NCBI RefSeq assembly: GCF_006345805.1
Contig: NC_043009.1
Span: 5,580,001 to 5,644,000 of the forward strand
Reading direction: 5' to 3'
Length of the DNA stretch: 64,000 nucleotides
From: Octopus sinensis
Lineage: Eukaryota
The position numbers and the translations under genes are program-made. Below are positions 1-14,205 of this stretch, piece by piece; within the stretch, counting starts at the first letter, position 1, and each line of letters starts with the position of its first letter. The notes below the pieces were generated by a model that did not search any database, was not told the DNA's origin, and saw only the letters and a list, made by a program, of their open reading frames with translations.

Positions 1-698
1 AAGTGGGCTTAAATGAACTCATGTATAATACACAAATATTTATGGAAATTCCATATGTGTACTCAAGGCCACAGCAACATGTGCCTTAGAAGAGGAAAAC
101 AGAAAAAAGAGACAAGCAACAAACCGTTGCAGAAATAAGCAAGTACAAAGATAAGTGGTCAAATTTATGATAACAATACGTCGGGAGTATTGATATGTTC
201 TGATTTCCCCTGAACAGCCAAGCTACGAATTCAAAACTAGAATAGGATTATATTCTTTACGGTTCAATGATTAAACATTTTAACGCTAGCTACTGGATAA
301 AAAGTCATTTGTCTCCGTTTAATCTTAACTTCTGTGTACAAATATCTACTTCGGTTTGATAGTATTGAGATCAGCATTAATGCTATATTAAACCGTCAAT
401 AATATATCATTTGTATTCGATTTACTATGTGATCTTCTGTCTCATCTGTTTGTTTATTTAACTCTTCTTGCTTACTTTTGAACCTATGATTATGTTAAAT
501 AAAGCACTTACGCGATGAGTTATAAAACACAATATATTCTTAGAAAAATATAAAAGTAAAATGAAACCTTAGATTGTAAAGGAATATAATACGAACGGAA
601 ATGATAGATACTTAAACGCTCTTTGTTTTATTTATTTATGTGACACATCCTGATCTCTCCTTCGAAAATAGCTTTTAAAATCTTATGTATATTTTCAG

Positions 699-711
699 AT
701 TGGAAATGAAT
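699..711 (+). CDS. Candidate 13-nt micro-exon (ATTGGAAATGAAT; reads xLEMN)
   Basis: Flanked by atattttcAG and GTAAGT; phase-compatible with candidate exons at 20861 and 42801. Splice motifs only, no transcript evidence. Confidence 0.25.
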
Positions 712-1390
712 GTAAGTTAAACGGATTATACGCTGATACTTTAACGGCATTAGTCTTTCAATTTTACAGCGGCTGTTCACATCAGAATGCATTTTATAAA
801 TATAATGGTTAAGTGGTTAATCTGGTGTAACCGCTAAAAACGTCTATCACATTTTGAAAGTAAAACAACACATAAAACAAATGAATCGAGTGTTGGAATG
901 TACGGGAAAAGAGATACGACCGCATCTTTATTCCTCCACAAAGGAAACTATGCGCATAGATACTTACATACATATCCATATATAACCATAAATACACACG
1001 CATGCTTACGTACATGTGTGAATAACTACACGCATATATTCTTACAAGATATACAAGCACACACATCACTAACTTAAGACGTAATGACTTTGTGGATGTT
1101 CTAAACATCTTCGTTCGGTATATTTGCAAACATGAGATGCAGCTGGATTTAATAACAAAATATATGTTCATATGGAGATGGAATATGGCCCAAAATAAAT
1201 GTTCATCTTTGACAAATGGGTGAGAGGCAGAACCAAAGCATCAGTGGTCCCTTTGCACTCTTCCTAATTGCACTTAATGTGTGTAACAGGAACATAGATA
1301 CTCATGAAAATAAATCGACGGAAAATGGCGAAAGCAAAGATAAAATAAGAAAAATATATAACAAAATAAAGGGAAAATAGAAAAATATGA

Positions 1391-1448
<58 letters not shown>

Positions 1449-1472
1449 GTGTGTGTGTGTGCGTGTGTATAA

Positions 1473-1519
<47 letters not shown>

Positions 1520-1542
1520 ATATAATATATATATATATATAT
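1391..1542. repeat. Compound (TA)n/(TG)n microsatellite
   Basis: Direct reading; representative of dozens of such tracts in the window. Confidence 0.95.
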
Positions 1543-1608
1543 AGTATATTTGCCACTTAAATGTGGCTAACTCTTCAGGGTTAGTGATATTTACGTGGCA
1601 AATATACT
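1543..1608. repeat. 66-bp imperfect palindrome/hairpin next to a (TA)n tract
   Basis: AGTATATTTGCCAC...GTGGCAAATATACT perfect 14-bp outer arms, 4-nt loop TTCA, 3 G-U pairs and 2 mismatches on the + strand. Confidence 0.85.
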
Positions 1609-1671
1609 TCACGATATCGTGCAGCTACTGTTTATAATTCACTCAGAGATTTATTATGTATATATATATAT

Positions 1672-1825
1672 ATCATCATCATCATTGTTCGACCGTGGTC
1701 GAGACAATGGAATTTACCATGCTGCGCCAGACTTCACGGTCCATCATGGCATTACGGAGGTCCTGTTGCTGGATGCCTGTATCCCTGGAGATTACATCAG
1801 GGTAGGAGAGTGTGCGACCTCTGGT
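1672..1825 (-). mobile_element. 3' terminal fragment of an RTE/RTE-X-type LINE
   Basis: Minus strand 1825-1682 translates without a break to TRGRTLSYPDVISRDTGIQQQDLRNAMMDREVWRSMVNSIVSTTVEQ*, matching the RGR...D..W C-terminus of RTE-type ORF2, followed by a (TGA)n tail; lies between TA-rich tracts. Confidence 0.75.
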
Positions 1826-1930
1826 ATATGTATGTATTTATGCATGTATGTATATAAAGATATATATATATATAAATGTATGTAAGTACATAAAGATATG
1901 TATATATTTATATATATATATATGTTAAAA

Positions 1931-2540
1931 CATAGGAGTGGTTGTGTGGTAAGTAGCTTGTTTACCAACCACATGGTTCCGGGTTCAGTCCCATTGCGTG
2001 GAACCTTGGGCAAGTGTCTTCAACTATAGCATCGGTCCAACCAAAGTCTTGTGAGTGGATTTGGTAGGCAGAAAGTGAAAGAAGCCCGTCGTATATATGT
2101 ATATATATATATATATATTATATATATATATAATGTTCATATTCATTTAATAATTCAAATTGTATACCTGAAACTGATTACATTTTTCACGCAATTTATT
2201 ACTAACATATGTATATATATTGAGAGAGAGAGGGACAGAGAGACAGACAAAGGCTGAGAGAGAGAGAGAGGGGTGTTTGTGTGAGATAGATGCATGCATA
2301 TATGCATATTTATATATATGTGTGCGAGTTTGTATGTCTGTGTTTGCCCCCCCCACATCGCTTGACAGCTGATGCTGGTGTATTTGTGTCCCTGTCAATT
2401 AGCGGTTCGGCAAAAGAGACCGATAGAATAAGTACTGGGCTTACAAAGAATAAGTCCCGGGGTCGAGTTGCTCGATTAAAGGCGGTGCTCCAGCGTGGCC
2501 GCAGTCAAATGACTGAAACAAGTAAAAGAGAAAAGAGTAA
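1931..2540 (+). mobile_element. tRNA-derived CORE-like SINE (family A, octopus OR2-like) with expanded internal microsatellite
   Basis: A/B-box head (TGTGTGGTAAG...GGTTCAGTCCC), CORE-like ACCTTGGGCAAGTG, 3' tail ...AAATGACTGAAACAAGTAAAAGA; several other copies in the window. Confidence 0.85.
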
Positions 2541-2541
2541 G

Positions 2542-2598
<57 letters not shown>

Positions 2599-3395
2599 GT
2601 AGCAGTCATAGCTGCATTCTTACAAATAGATGCTGTCCCTTATTGGTTTTGAAGCACCAGTGAAGATAGCAAGTTATGAGTCTCTTGGTTGGACAACTGA
2701 GTAGATCCGCTCAATAGGCAAGACAATAGTAGTAGCTGAAAATTACTAGAAAAATATATCTGTGTTAAATGTGAAAGGGAAATGGGGAGAAGCTTAAGAT
2801 CAGCGCAGAGAGATATTGAGTGTCGTATTGTATGATTTTGACCTTTGTTGGTGATCTATCTATCGAGCACCACACATTCTAATTTGTTAGATGAGTAAAT
2901 ATGCTAGAGAAGCATAACAGTTTAGTGCTATGGGGAAAAGTACTGTTCCTGCTTCAGAGTGACTTGTTCGATTTCAGATATTTAATACAGCTTCTAGTAA
3001 AAGCCAACACACCTGAACTTGTATGCATAGTGCAGGATAGTACCAAAATACCTGAGCGGATCGGACGACCTCGCAGTCACCCACGTCATTAAAGGTGAAG
3101 GCAGACATTTTCTAGAAACTATCTTGTAGTCTAACAAGAAGGTATACTACCACAAGCATTAATGGTAGTATTACCTGTTAATTACAAATTCGAGTATGTG
3201 GCCGTGATATATATTTCTTTAATACGTCACTAGAATATGATACATGCCTTTTAAATTACACACAGAAATTTAATGTGCATATGTTCAAATTATTGTATGA
3301 CATTTGATTCTCCTGAGTTGATCCAAGCACACATCCGTATGTGTGCCTGTACGCATGAATATCTATCTATCCCTCTCTCTCTCTTTCTCCCTCTG

Positions 3396-3483
<88 letters not shown>

Positions 3484-3759
3484 TATATATATAGATATAG
3501 ATATATATATTTATGCACATGGAAAATACACATATGTAAATCTGTACATACGTAAGTATGCATAGATACACACATACACACACATAAACACACATATAGC
3601 GTGTTTATATGACTGAATCTATCCATTATTCTATCAATTTACCAGAATATAGGCATACATTTACATGCACACACATTTAAATCTTCTTATATATATGTAT
3701 CTATATATGTATGAATGTAAATATGCATATAGTATGTATGTATGTATCTATGTCACACA

Positions 3760-3794
<35 letters not shown>

Positions 3795-4481
3795 AATATA
3801 TATACATATGTTAGTAATAAATTGCGTGAAAAATGTAATCAGTTTCAGGTATACAATTTGAATTATTAAATGAATATGAACATTAATGATAGCTGAATTT
3901 ACGTGAGTGAAAATGTGGCAAAGTCAATATAGCTTGTTACAGAAAATTGCTTGAAAATGAAACAGGAGATCGCCTTTCGCTTAATTCTAATTAACCGTAA
4001 TGATAATACACTGTACTAATGGCTAGAGCATCATGATGGTAGGTAAGAGTGGTCTTCGAGGGCGTGCAGACCTTGAACACATAGTTGTCATGGCAATTCG
4101 TTATAACGAATCGAATTACGGTGAATTTAATAGATACATGTGAAGGAGGAAAATATAATTGGTAATTTATACATGCTAGGTTATCGTACGGGAATGTATC
4201 AAGCCGATTTTGTCATTCGTTCTTATTAGTAAGAGCATCTCTTTAAACACAGATTCATAGTTGGAACTTCTCCCTCTCTCTCTCTCTTTATGTATGTATA
4301 CTTGTATATACATGCATCCATGTGTGTGCATAAGCGCGTGTTCGTTTGTGTGCGCTCGCGTGTGTGCGTGTGTCTGTATAGAAGTATGTGTACTGGTGTG
4401 TGTCACTGTTTCTATATAAAACTTTATCTTTCTCTTATGCTGTATGTTTGGGTAAACGTATGCATACACACACACACATGC

Positions 4482-4536
<55 letters not shown>

Positions 4537-5811
4537 TGGATATCCAGTCATACGTACATGAATGTATGTGTGTGCGCCACTCTCTGTTTGTGTGTGTGCG
4601 TCTCTTTTAGTGTGGCTCTTTATCCAAAAGTTCTGTATGATAAGCAATGGAGGTAATCAGAGGAACGATTTGACGATCATGTACTAACATGCGTTCTGCT
4701 AATGGTGATGTAATTACAGTATAGGCAACTTATTTGCCAGAGATAGATAAATTGCGAGAAAGTCAGAGATTAGAGAAAGAGAGACATTCAGAGACAGAAA
4801 GATAGAGAGAGCGAGAGAAAGAAAGAAATAAAGAAAGAAAGAGAGAGATGAGAGAGAGAGAGAGCAAGGGGGTGAGAGCACGAGAGGGAGAGAGATGAGA
4901 AAGAGTTCGTGTTAGAGAGAATAGAATGTCTTGCGTTACCTTTCCGAAATGACCAAGAAATATCTTTCTACCGGTAATTGATTGTGCGAATGCGCACAGA
5001 AAGAAAATCACGAAAAAGCTACGAACCTGGGTTCAAATAATTTTTCCTTGGATCTCGATCTTATGCTAAGTGACGATTTAGTTTTACCTTAAGGTAATAT
5101 ATCTGACATTTCAAAAAAAAAAAAAGAAAGAAGAAGAAAAGAAAAAGCAAACGAATAAAGATAAAGAAAACAAACAAACGAAGAACACATCTACTGCAGT
5201 AAGCAAAAAGTAGATCAGTAAATAAATAAATAAAATGCAATAAATACAATATGTAAATAAATAAAATTAAAGAAAAAGCAAATCACATAATAAATAAAAT
5301 ATCCAAAAACATTTAGTCATTATATAACGGAACGAATTTTGTAGGTAAGTGCATATGGTTGCTTGTGTTACCATGTTTGCGTATATGTATGAGTAAGAGA
5401 CAGAGTGTGTATATGTGTGCGTGTATGTGTGAGAGAAAGAGAGAGAGAGAGAAAGAGAACATGTGTGGGTGTATTTAAGTACCATCATGAACATGCTTAT
5501 GCAATTGGAATGAACATATGTATAGTTTTTCCTACAAGTCACCAGAGATGACAGCACGAAAGTGAAATCATTCGTATCTCCTGGAAAATAAAGTTAACGA
5601 TTGCCGGCTAACGTGAATCAAACTATGGCTGTGAACTACAATCCTCCTCCTCCCCCCATACTCCTCCTCCTCCTTTTCACCCCCTTTTTATCCTCCTCTT
5701 CATCCTCCTCTTCAACCTCCTCTCCATCATCCTCTTCTTCATCCTCCAAACAAAATCGCTACAATAAAGAGGTCAACCCTCATCACCACCTCTGCAACAG
5801 CAAAAAATAAC

Positions 5812-6211
5812 CCTTTCTAATATAGACACAAGGCTTGAAATTTTGATGAGAAGGGGCCAGCCTCTTAGGTCGACCTTAGTAAGCAACTAGTACTTAATTT
5901 ATCGACCCCGGAATAATGAAAGGATGGAAGTCGACCTCGGCGGAATTTGAACACAGATTGTAGCAGCAGACGAAATACCTATTTCTTTACTAACCACAAG
6001 AATCTAATCACAGAGAGGACAAACAAGGACAGAAAAACCGGATTAAGTCGATTATATCGACCCCAGTGTGCAACCGGTACTTAATTTATCGACCCCGAAA
6101 GGATGAAAGGCAAAGTCGAACTCGGCGGAATTTGAACTCAGAAGGTAACGGCAGACGAAATACGGCTACGCATTTCGCCCGGCGTGCTAACGTTTCTGCC
6201 AGCTCGCCGCC
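5812..6211 (-). mobile_element. SINE family B, partially dimeric copy
   Basis: Head GGCGGCGAGCTGGCAGAAACGTTAG, B-box-like GAGTTCAAATTCC, body GCCTTTCATCCTTTCGGGGTCGATAAATTAAGTACC present twice; closely similar copies at 20583 and 29226. Confidence 0.85.
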
Positions 6212-6469
6212 TTATCACTTAGCCAATATGCCACACAGAAGGATCGAATCCGATCCGGGGCCTCGTGATTGCGAAGCGAACTTCTCAATCATTCGACCAC
6301 TGGCACACACTACTTCTACTAATATTAATAATGATGTCAGGCACATCACAAAGGCGAGTTACGAAGCCTGGATACCAAACCATTGTAAACTTTACATAGA
6401 TTAGGAAGGAGAAATAATCTATAAAATAAAAACACTACTTGATATCTAATTAACTAGTAGATTATGGAT

Positions 6470-6632
6470 TCGAATTTTAGCACTAGGCTGGCAGTTTCGG
6501 ATGACATGTTAAGTGAATTGCAATTAAATAATGAAAGACAAAGTGTACCTCGTTAGAATTTGAACTCAGAGCATAAAGAGGGACGAAATGTCGCTAAACA
6601 TATTCTCTGGCGTGCTAAACAGTCTCCTAACT
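6470..6632 (-). mobile_element. Degenerate SINE family B copy
   Basis: AATTTGAACTCAGAGC...GGCGTGCTAA similarity to 5812-6211. Confidence 0.6.
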
Positions 6633-6666
6633 CATTTACTGATAGATAATACTAAAGACAATTATC

Positions 6667-7069
6667 TATTTTCTATCTTTTATTTGTTTCAGTCGTTCGA
6701 TTGCGGCCATGCTGGGGTACCGCCTTGAAATGTTTTATTCGAACAAATCAACCTCAGGGCTTATTCTATCTTCAAGCCCGGTACTTATTCTATAAGACTC
6801 TTTTTCCGAACCGCTAACTTATGGGGACGTAAACCCACCAGCACCGGTTGTCAAGCGGTGGAGGGGGGAAACACAGAAATAAAGATACACACACACACAT
6901 AACATATGACGGATTTATTTCAGTTTCTGGACATCAAATCCACTCACAAGTCATTGGTCGGTCCGCGGTTATAGTGGAAGACACTTGCCCAAGGTACCAC
7001 GCAGTAGGGCTGAACAAGGAATCATGTGGTTAGGAAGCAAGCTTCTTACCACACAGCCACGTCTACGCC
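6667..7069 (-). mobile_element. SINE family A, near full length
   Basis: Reverse-complement match to 1931-2540 head, CORE and tail (GACACTTGCCCAAGG, CCGAACCGCTAA, TTGTTTCAGTC). Confidence 0.85.
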
Positions 7070-7804
7070 AATGTTGAGAACAAGAATATATCAAAAATAT
7101 ATGTCCACGAAAACGGCTGCGAACTACAATTCCCCTCCTCCTCCTCCAAATACAATCGCTACAACAATTTTTGGTGTTAACATGGTTCGATTTGAATTGT
7201 TTTCTTCTACGGAAGGAAGAGCAAGCCTTCTTCTATCATACCCTCAATTTTGGTCAACTTGCACCGCAGGGTCTCGGAGGAGATAGTGTTAGTTGAAGGC
7301 TACCGAACCTGCCATACACAGACAACTTCAGCTTTATGTATATAGATAATTGGTATGTGTTCACAAAGTCCAAACGATTAATATAAAAAAAAACCCTCCA
7401 GGCTACATCCCGAAAATTCATTTCTTTGCCGAATTTCTACAATGTTTACGGCGATTCGTTTTTATATCTTGATTTTTAATTTTTCATGCAATTTACGCAT
7501 GCTTGCACGCGTGGTGAAGACAGTTCACGTCAAACAGCTGACTGAGTAAAGTTCACTATTCAATGCATGGGATAAGGCCTAAACAAACACATAATCGATT
7601 TTTGCACTTGCGAGATGAATTTCGGAACAGAAATAGCGCAGTTCAATTTTCATTTGCCTAAACTTTAAGTGACCCATTTTTGGTGGTTCTACGATTTGTT
7701 GGGTAGGAGATGTGCCGGGAAGTTAAACACACAGATACACAAGTTGAGTTTTATACATATATATATATATTCAGCGGCGTACGTACACTTTGGTCACCTA
7801 TATA

Positions 7805-7849
<45 letters not shown>

Positions 7850-8338
7850 ATATATTGGTGCTGGTGTTATTGTTTCTATTTCTGTGTCGCATCTTTTCAC
7901 AACTTTCCCCTGCAACGAAAAGCACTTAGCCAAATAGCAATCGATAAATTCAGAGCCAAACTGAAACATGTACCGAAACACTTATGGTAGTTTAATTGTC
8001 CCCCATTGGTGCTCCAGCTTGCGTGCATTCCCAATGATTAAATGATGGAAAAGTATAAGAGAATATCGAGTGTATGTTTACATATACAAATCTATGAATA
8101 TAGGACTCCCTCCCTCACTTACATATATGTGTGTGTGTGTGTGCGTTGGTAAGTGTGTGTCTTGTATGTGTGTACATATGTGCGTGCATTGGTATTTGTG
8201 TATGCGCGTGCGTGCTTATGTGTGTGTGTGTTTCTGTATCCATGCTATTCCTATTATATCATTATCTCTTATTAATAATTTGCTTCGTATATGGCATTGT
8301 AGTTGAGCAACGCGAGTTAATAATATCACGTGATACGC

Positions 8339-8374
<36 letters not shown>

Positions 8375-11300
8375 CATATATATATATGTGTGTGTATATA
8401 TATATATGTGTGTGTATGTACATATATGTATGTATGTATGTATATAGCCTCAGATGTTGAAATGTATTTCGGTCATTTTCAAGATTATTTATGTAGATAC
8501 TTTAATCTGATTGTGGGTGACATTGCATTAGTCAGTGTTTCAGAAATAAAGAGGAAGATATTGGTAAAGAGAGAAAAGAAGAGTAAAAGAGGAATATTGG
8601 TAAAGAAAGACGGAAAAACAGCAAGAAAACCACCAAATTTAAATGGCCGCATTCAGAGCATTTGCTAAATTCCTCCGGTCAATTACAAGCAGTGGTCATT
8701 GCATACACTGCCTTTCACCACATTCTTAGGCTGTTCAATTGTTGTAAATATTGCTTACGTGAATGTTAAGAATAAAGAATTTCGGAATCACAAATTTTCT
8801 AATGACGATACCAAGGCCGTTTCTCTGCGAGAAATCTTAAGGCAAGAAGTGAGTTATGAGCTGCATCGCTGCAGTTCTTGGATTTTCTCGAAAATAGATT
8901 GCTTGTCTAAACATTCACGATTAATGGTTTTGTGGATGTTCATAAGCCCCACTTTTAGCCTTCTCTAAATCCAATATAGCTCCAAAATCCTTCCTCAATG
9001 CAGATTTAGATTCCATAAAGGTTATGTGCTCGACAAATAGGGAAATAAATATAAAAAAGAGAAATAAACAAATAACCTAAAGCAATCTTTGATTCCTACA
9101 TTTTAGGCGATGCATTATGGCTGTCTAGTTAATATAAGCAGATTGTAAGCTTCCTCATCAAGTCTTCTTAATTTTAACGGGTCATCCAGATAAATAATCT
9201 CAGAATTATCATTGTTGTGAAAACCCGAAGATTATTTACTGCAGCAGAAGAATTAATTAATCCTGTCCTACACCGTTATATTAGGAAAGGATTAGAAGCA
9301 TTCAGCTCTCTTCGATAGCTTCTGGCTTTTTAGTTAAAATATGTTGTCGCTAACATATCTGATTTAACATTGCTGGCTGATTTTTAACGATTTTCTGTTT
9401 TTAATAAGTTTTAATTCCGCATCATATGTGAAACCCGGTTGAACACTTTCGCTAGTATTGCTATAAAGTGAGGAGTAGCAAAAACGTTGAAAATATTCTA
9501 GGATTAAAGGCACTGATAAATTTCTGTTATAGTATTTTAATTTCAGAAATATTCACTCGAGCGTAGTTCCAATCACATCTAACAATCCTGTGTGTTGGCA
9601 AAAATGTTGGTCCAGGTTCGTTCTATTTCCGCAGATTTATGTATGATTTATATATATCACCACATTGAAAACTCAAATCCTGACTGGCTGTACCAAGTAG
9701 TGAAATCACTGATCAGATTTCTGTTGACCAATACCTTTGTAGTGGTATTTGGTGAACAACATGCAGAAGTCTGTCGTGTGTGTGTGTGTGGGTGTATGGT
9801 TCGCCCATTTATATAGACAATGAATGGCAAACCTGACGTAGAAACACAAATCGAATATTTCGAAAGGCTTTCATTGTAGTATTAGGTTTTGTATCGTTAT
9901 ATATACATTCATTTGTCTTTCTTACCTCCATAAATCTATTCATACGTTGACTGACCCTTTGTAAATCTATACTTAATACTGATTTTGTCCACAAACTGCG
10001 TTATGCAATAAGTAAATCAAAATATACACTTCTGCAGAAATGCCTATTTTGGAAGCACAACATTGGGCTTCAATTTGCAAAAGGCTCACAAACGTCGTTC
10101 AACCGTTATTGAGTTAGAGTTTCCTTTTCACAAGACAAACGCCAATATGATCATTCAAATTTTGGTTTTGTTCCTGGTTCGAGTATGTAATCGATTTGAC
10201 TTCTCATTGCTACAAATACCTTTGTATTTCATTTTTCCGAATTGACACAGTCAGTGACTGTTAATAGAATTTAAGTTCAAATAAAACTTAGAATGTACTC
10301 GATGCTCTCCCGAGTTTAATACGTCACTCCCATCACTTTCCAATGAATAGCGCTGTGCCAGCGAGAATCCTGTAAGTGATCACAAGGTTATGTACAAACA
10401 ATAATAAAATCAAACTAAAATTACATCGACCATCTTCAGTAAAACATGCATAAAATAGAGCACTATCTGATATGCAAACGTACGAGGTGGTTACGGTTGG
10501 AACTACCAATAAATTATACGTGATATTTCACCTGCCGTTTTCAATATATAATACCTAAAATGATACACAAAAATAGAGTGATACGCAAACATATAGGTTG
10601 ATCAGGACTAAAAAAATTCGATATTTACTACGTTGGCCCACGGTTGGTCTACGACAAACAACGACATCACCAACATGATCAATGATTTCGCTGCTTGCTA
10701 TAGCCAGTCATGTTTTGAAGTCTTGAATATGGTGCATACTTATAATAATAATAATAATACTGAACATAAACGTTTGTGACTACTATTAATTTTAGCTATT
10801 AGAATTACATTTTTTTCATTTCTCTGCATCCTATGTTTTGCTCTACAACTTTCAGCAAAAGTTTATTGAGTTTCACCAAGGCATGATTACATGACAAAAG
10901 AACATTGGCCTTCATGCAAATTTTCATTCCCTCTGTTACAGCATCAATACAAAACTATTCGCTACATTCTGATTCTTCTTCTGATTAACGATATTTCCAG
11001 TCACGGTATGACGCTGAATAGTCTGACTAAATTTCTAATATCATTAGGTTTCATTTTCCTACAACTCTAAAATTCAGCTTGGTCGGTTTGTCATTAATTT
11101 CGGTAGCAATCTATAAAGTAAATACCAGTCACTTCCTGGTTGTCGACGCAGTCAATCATAACTAACATTTCTTTTTTTTTTCTTTTTTTTTTTTTTGGCT
11201 TTTCTATAGAAAACGAAATTCTTTAGAGGAAGAATTATTATTTAAATAAAAATACGTTTATAAAATATTCTTATCAATATCTCAATTCGCTATGCCATTA

Positions 11301-11493
11301 GATATAGCCTAAAGCAGGAATTGCAGATCAGATGGCATGTAGACGTACAGAAAGTTAAGTGAAATTCTTAACAAAGAAAAGTAAAAAGACACAATATTAA
11401 ATATAAAATGTCAGAAGAAAAAAATATATATATAAAGATACGTAGAAATATTGCTGTTGTAAGGGACTGAGAGAGAAAGAGGAAAAGAAGGAA

Positions 11494-11561
11494 AATAATA
11501 ATAATAACTAATAAGAGTAACGATAGCAATAATAATAATAATAGTAATAATAATAATAATG

Positions 11562-11593
<32 letters not shown>

Positions 11594-11643
11594 TAATAAT
11601 AATGATAATAATAATAATAATAATAATAATGATGATGATGATG

Positions 11644-11686
<43 letters not shown>

Positions 11687-11688
11687 AA

Positions 11689-11755
<67 letters not shown>

Positions 11756-11756
11756 A

Positions 11757-11836
<80 letters not shown>

Positions 11837-11849
11837 TAATAATAATAAT
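11494..11849. repeat. (TAA)n microsatellite, ~350 bp, no retroelement insertion
   Basis: Direct reading. Confidence 0.95.
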
Positions 11850-11889
11850 GTTCACTAAAAATGGAATAAATTATTTCAGAAAATAAATA

Positions 11890-12235
11890 CTTAGATAGCA
11901 AATGGGATCCTTCTCGTTTTAGACATCAAGCAGTGTCTGGAAATATTCTTTGAAAGAAAATTCATTAGAACATAATTTGCAATCGCAATTTTCGTTTCTC
12001 TTGGAGTTCCATTATTCAAAGTATAATCAGTAATTAGGAATGCGACAAGGAAGTTGGCGGGCGGACGGCATGCTAGTATTCCATTGCTATTATGTAGAAT
12101 CTTGATGGACATTTCTCTAATTAAAGCCCAAGTCAAGGTTATAGGTGTTAATTCGAAGCTAAAATCATTGACAAGTTTCAGGATTGAGTTTTGAAACTCT
12201 GACCTAACAGCCGTAACAGATGTCAGCATGCTCTT
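11890..12235 (-). pseudogene. Possible heavily decayed Penelope-like RT-endonuclease linker fragment
   Basis: Minus-strand peptide pieces ILACRPPANFL...NNGTPRE and CDCKLC (frameshifted) resemble the YR.P.NL...GT..C...C..C linker of PLEs; weak similarity judged by eye. Confidence 0.25.
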
Positions 12236-12247
12236 AAGTGATTGTGA

Positions 12248-12346
<99 letters not shown>
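12248..12346. repeat. (CTAT)n tetranucleotide microsatellite
   Basis: Direct reading. Confidence 0.95.
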
Positions 12347-13150
12347 CTTTAATATATCTGCATATATATGTATAAATAAATCTTCATGTATACATATATA
12401 CATATACATTTAAATGTAAATATCTATATATATATATATATATATACATATAAATGTGTGTATATATATACATATATTTATGCATATATAAATATATATA
12501 TGTATCTGTAGTTACGTATATATTTGTATATTTTATATACATATATATATATGTATACATTACACACTCACATTTATATATATATATACACACACACACA
12601 CATGAATATATGCATGTATAGATGTATTTGTATTTATTTATGCTTAAATATATATAAACGTGTGTGTAAGTCCTTGAGTGTGTTTTGTATAAGTATATAT
12701 ATTATTTTTCAATTTTTGCCGCTATAACAGGCAGTTTTCACAAGAAATAATAAATAGCTGTCGATCTCTTCACTGAGAGATCTTTATTTTCGCATTTACA
12801 CTAAATACAACACGCGTACGTATGTGCATACATGCTTATGTACATATGTACGCTGGCATGCACGCCCATACGTACACACACACACATACACAGATACACA
12901 CACACACACATATATATATTTATATATACACATTTAGAAACACATGTATTACGTATATGTGTATATGTACGTACATAAGAATATCTAAATAGTCTTACAC
13001 ATGTGTGTTTGTGTGTGTATATATACGTATATATATATGTGTATATATGTTTATATGTATATATATATATATATATATACGCGTATATATATACACATAT
13101 ATATAATCATATATAGTTAAGTTTTAAATTTATCTCTCTAAATGTTTCTT

Positions 13151-13183
<33 letters not shown>

Positions 13184-13186
13184 GTA

Positions 13187-13229
<43 letters not shown>

Positions 13230-13298
13230 TATATATATATACACATATATATAATCATATATATTTATGTTTTCTATTTATCTCTCTAAATGTTTCTT

Positions 13299-13333
<35 letters not shown>

Positions 13334-13908
13334 GTGTGTGGCGGGGGTGGATGTGTGTGTGGGTGGGAGGGGTGTATATGTGTGTGGGTGTGTGGGTGTG
13401 TATATGTACATATATATGTATATATTTGTCTGTGTGGGCGTGGGCGTATGGCTATTCAATTGCGCATATGTGACCTTTCTCTTGCTTGTGTGCGGACATC
13501 ATCACTCATGCATTTGTTGCTAACTGTTAACGACGTACGGATATGTGATATGCGTTGTTGACCTCTCGTGATTAATAACGTAAGAATGTGAGAGGAGTGA
13601 AGATTAAGGCATCTGCCTCATGAAGTCAGTAGACACCTGTTACTGTCATATTGTAGATAGATACTCTCTTCAAAATTTCATAATTATCGAACTGTGCTAA
13701 AATAGTGTTGAGGAGTTAAACATGAGTTTTCCATGATAAATGTAGATGAATTTCATAAGATAACGTTCAAAAGTCCTGTTCATTTACATATGCACGTATG
13801 TGCACATGTGTGCCTGTGCCTATGCGCACATATATATATGAATATAGCACGCCAAATTTTAATATAATGTATAATATAATGTATAATATATGTATAATAT
13901 AATGTATA

Positions 13909-14205
13909 ATTGGGTTGGCCATTTTTATTAAGTTTTGGAATTTATTTTTTTTTTAATTTTAGAATTTATTCTTCTGTTTTAAGAATACTATTCTTTAATC
14001 ATTCTCAAACCTATTTTTTTCTAGTTAATTTTAGTTAATTTTTGTTTATTTTCAGATCATTAAGATGGAATGTTAGGTTAATAAAAACGCATTATCAATA
14101 CCCCCTTCTTTTCGCGTTTAATCAAGGTTCTAAGGCCACGAAAACTGCTCCTGATATTTGTGCTGTGTATGAAGAAGGTGCCATAGCTGAAAGAACCACT
14201 TGTGA
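13909..14205 (+). mobile_element. Mariner transposon 5' remnant (TIR-like end plus N-terminal HTH)
   Basis: TTGGGTTGGC TIR-like start; peptide LLFAFNQGSKATKTAPDICAVYEEGAIAERT is a typical mariner N-terminal HTH. Confidence 0.75.

Noticed and set aside
5482-5581. Minus-strand exon-like segment after a tttattttccAG acceptor (GDTNDFTFVLSSLVTCRKNY...)
   Set aside because: Weak donor, no partner exon and no recognisable product.
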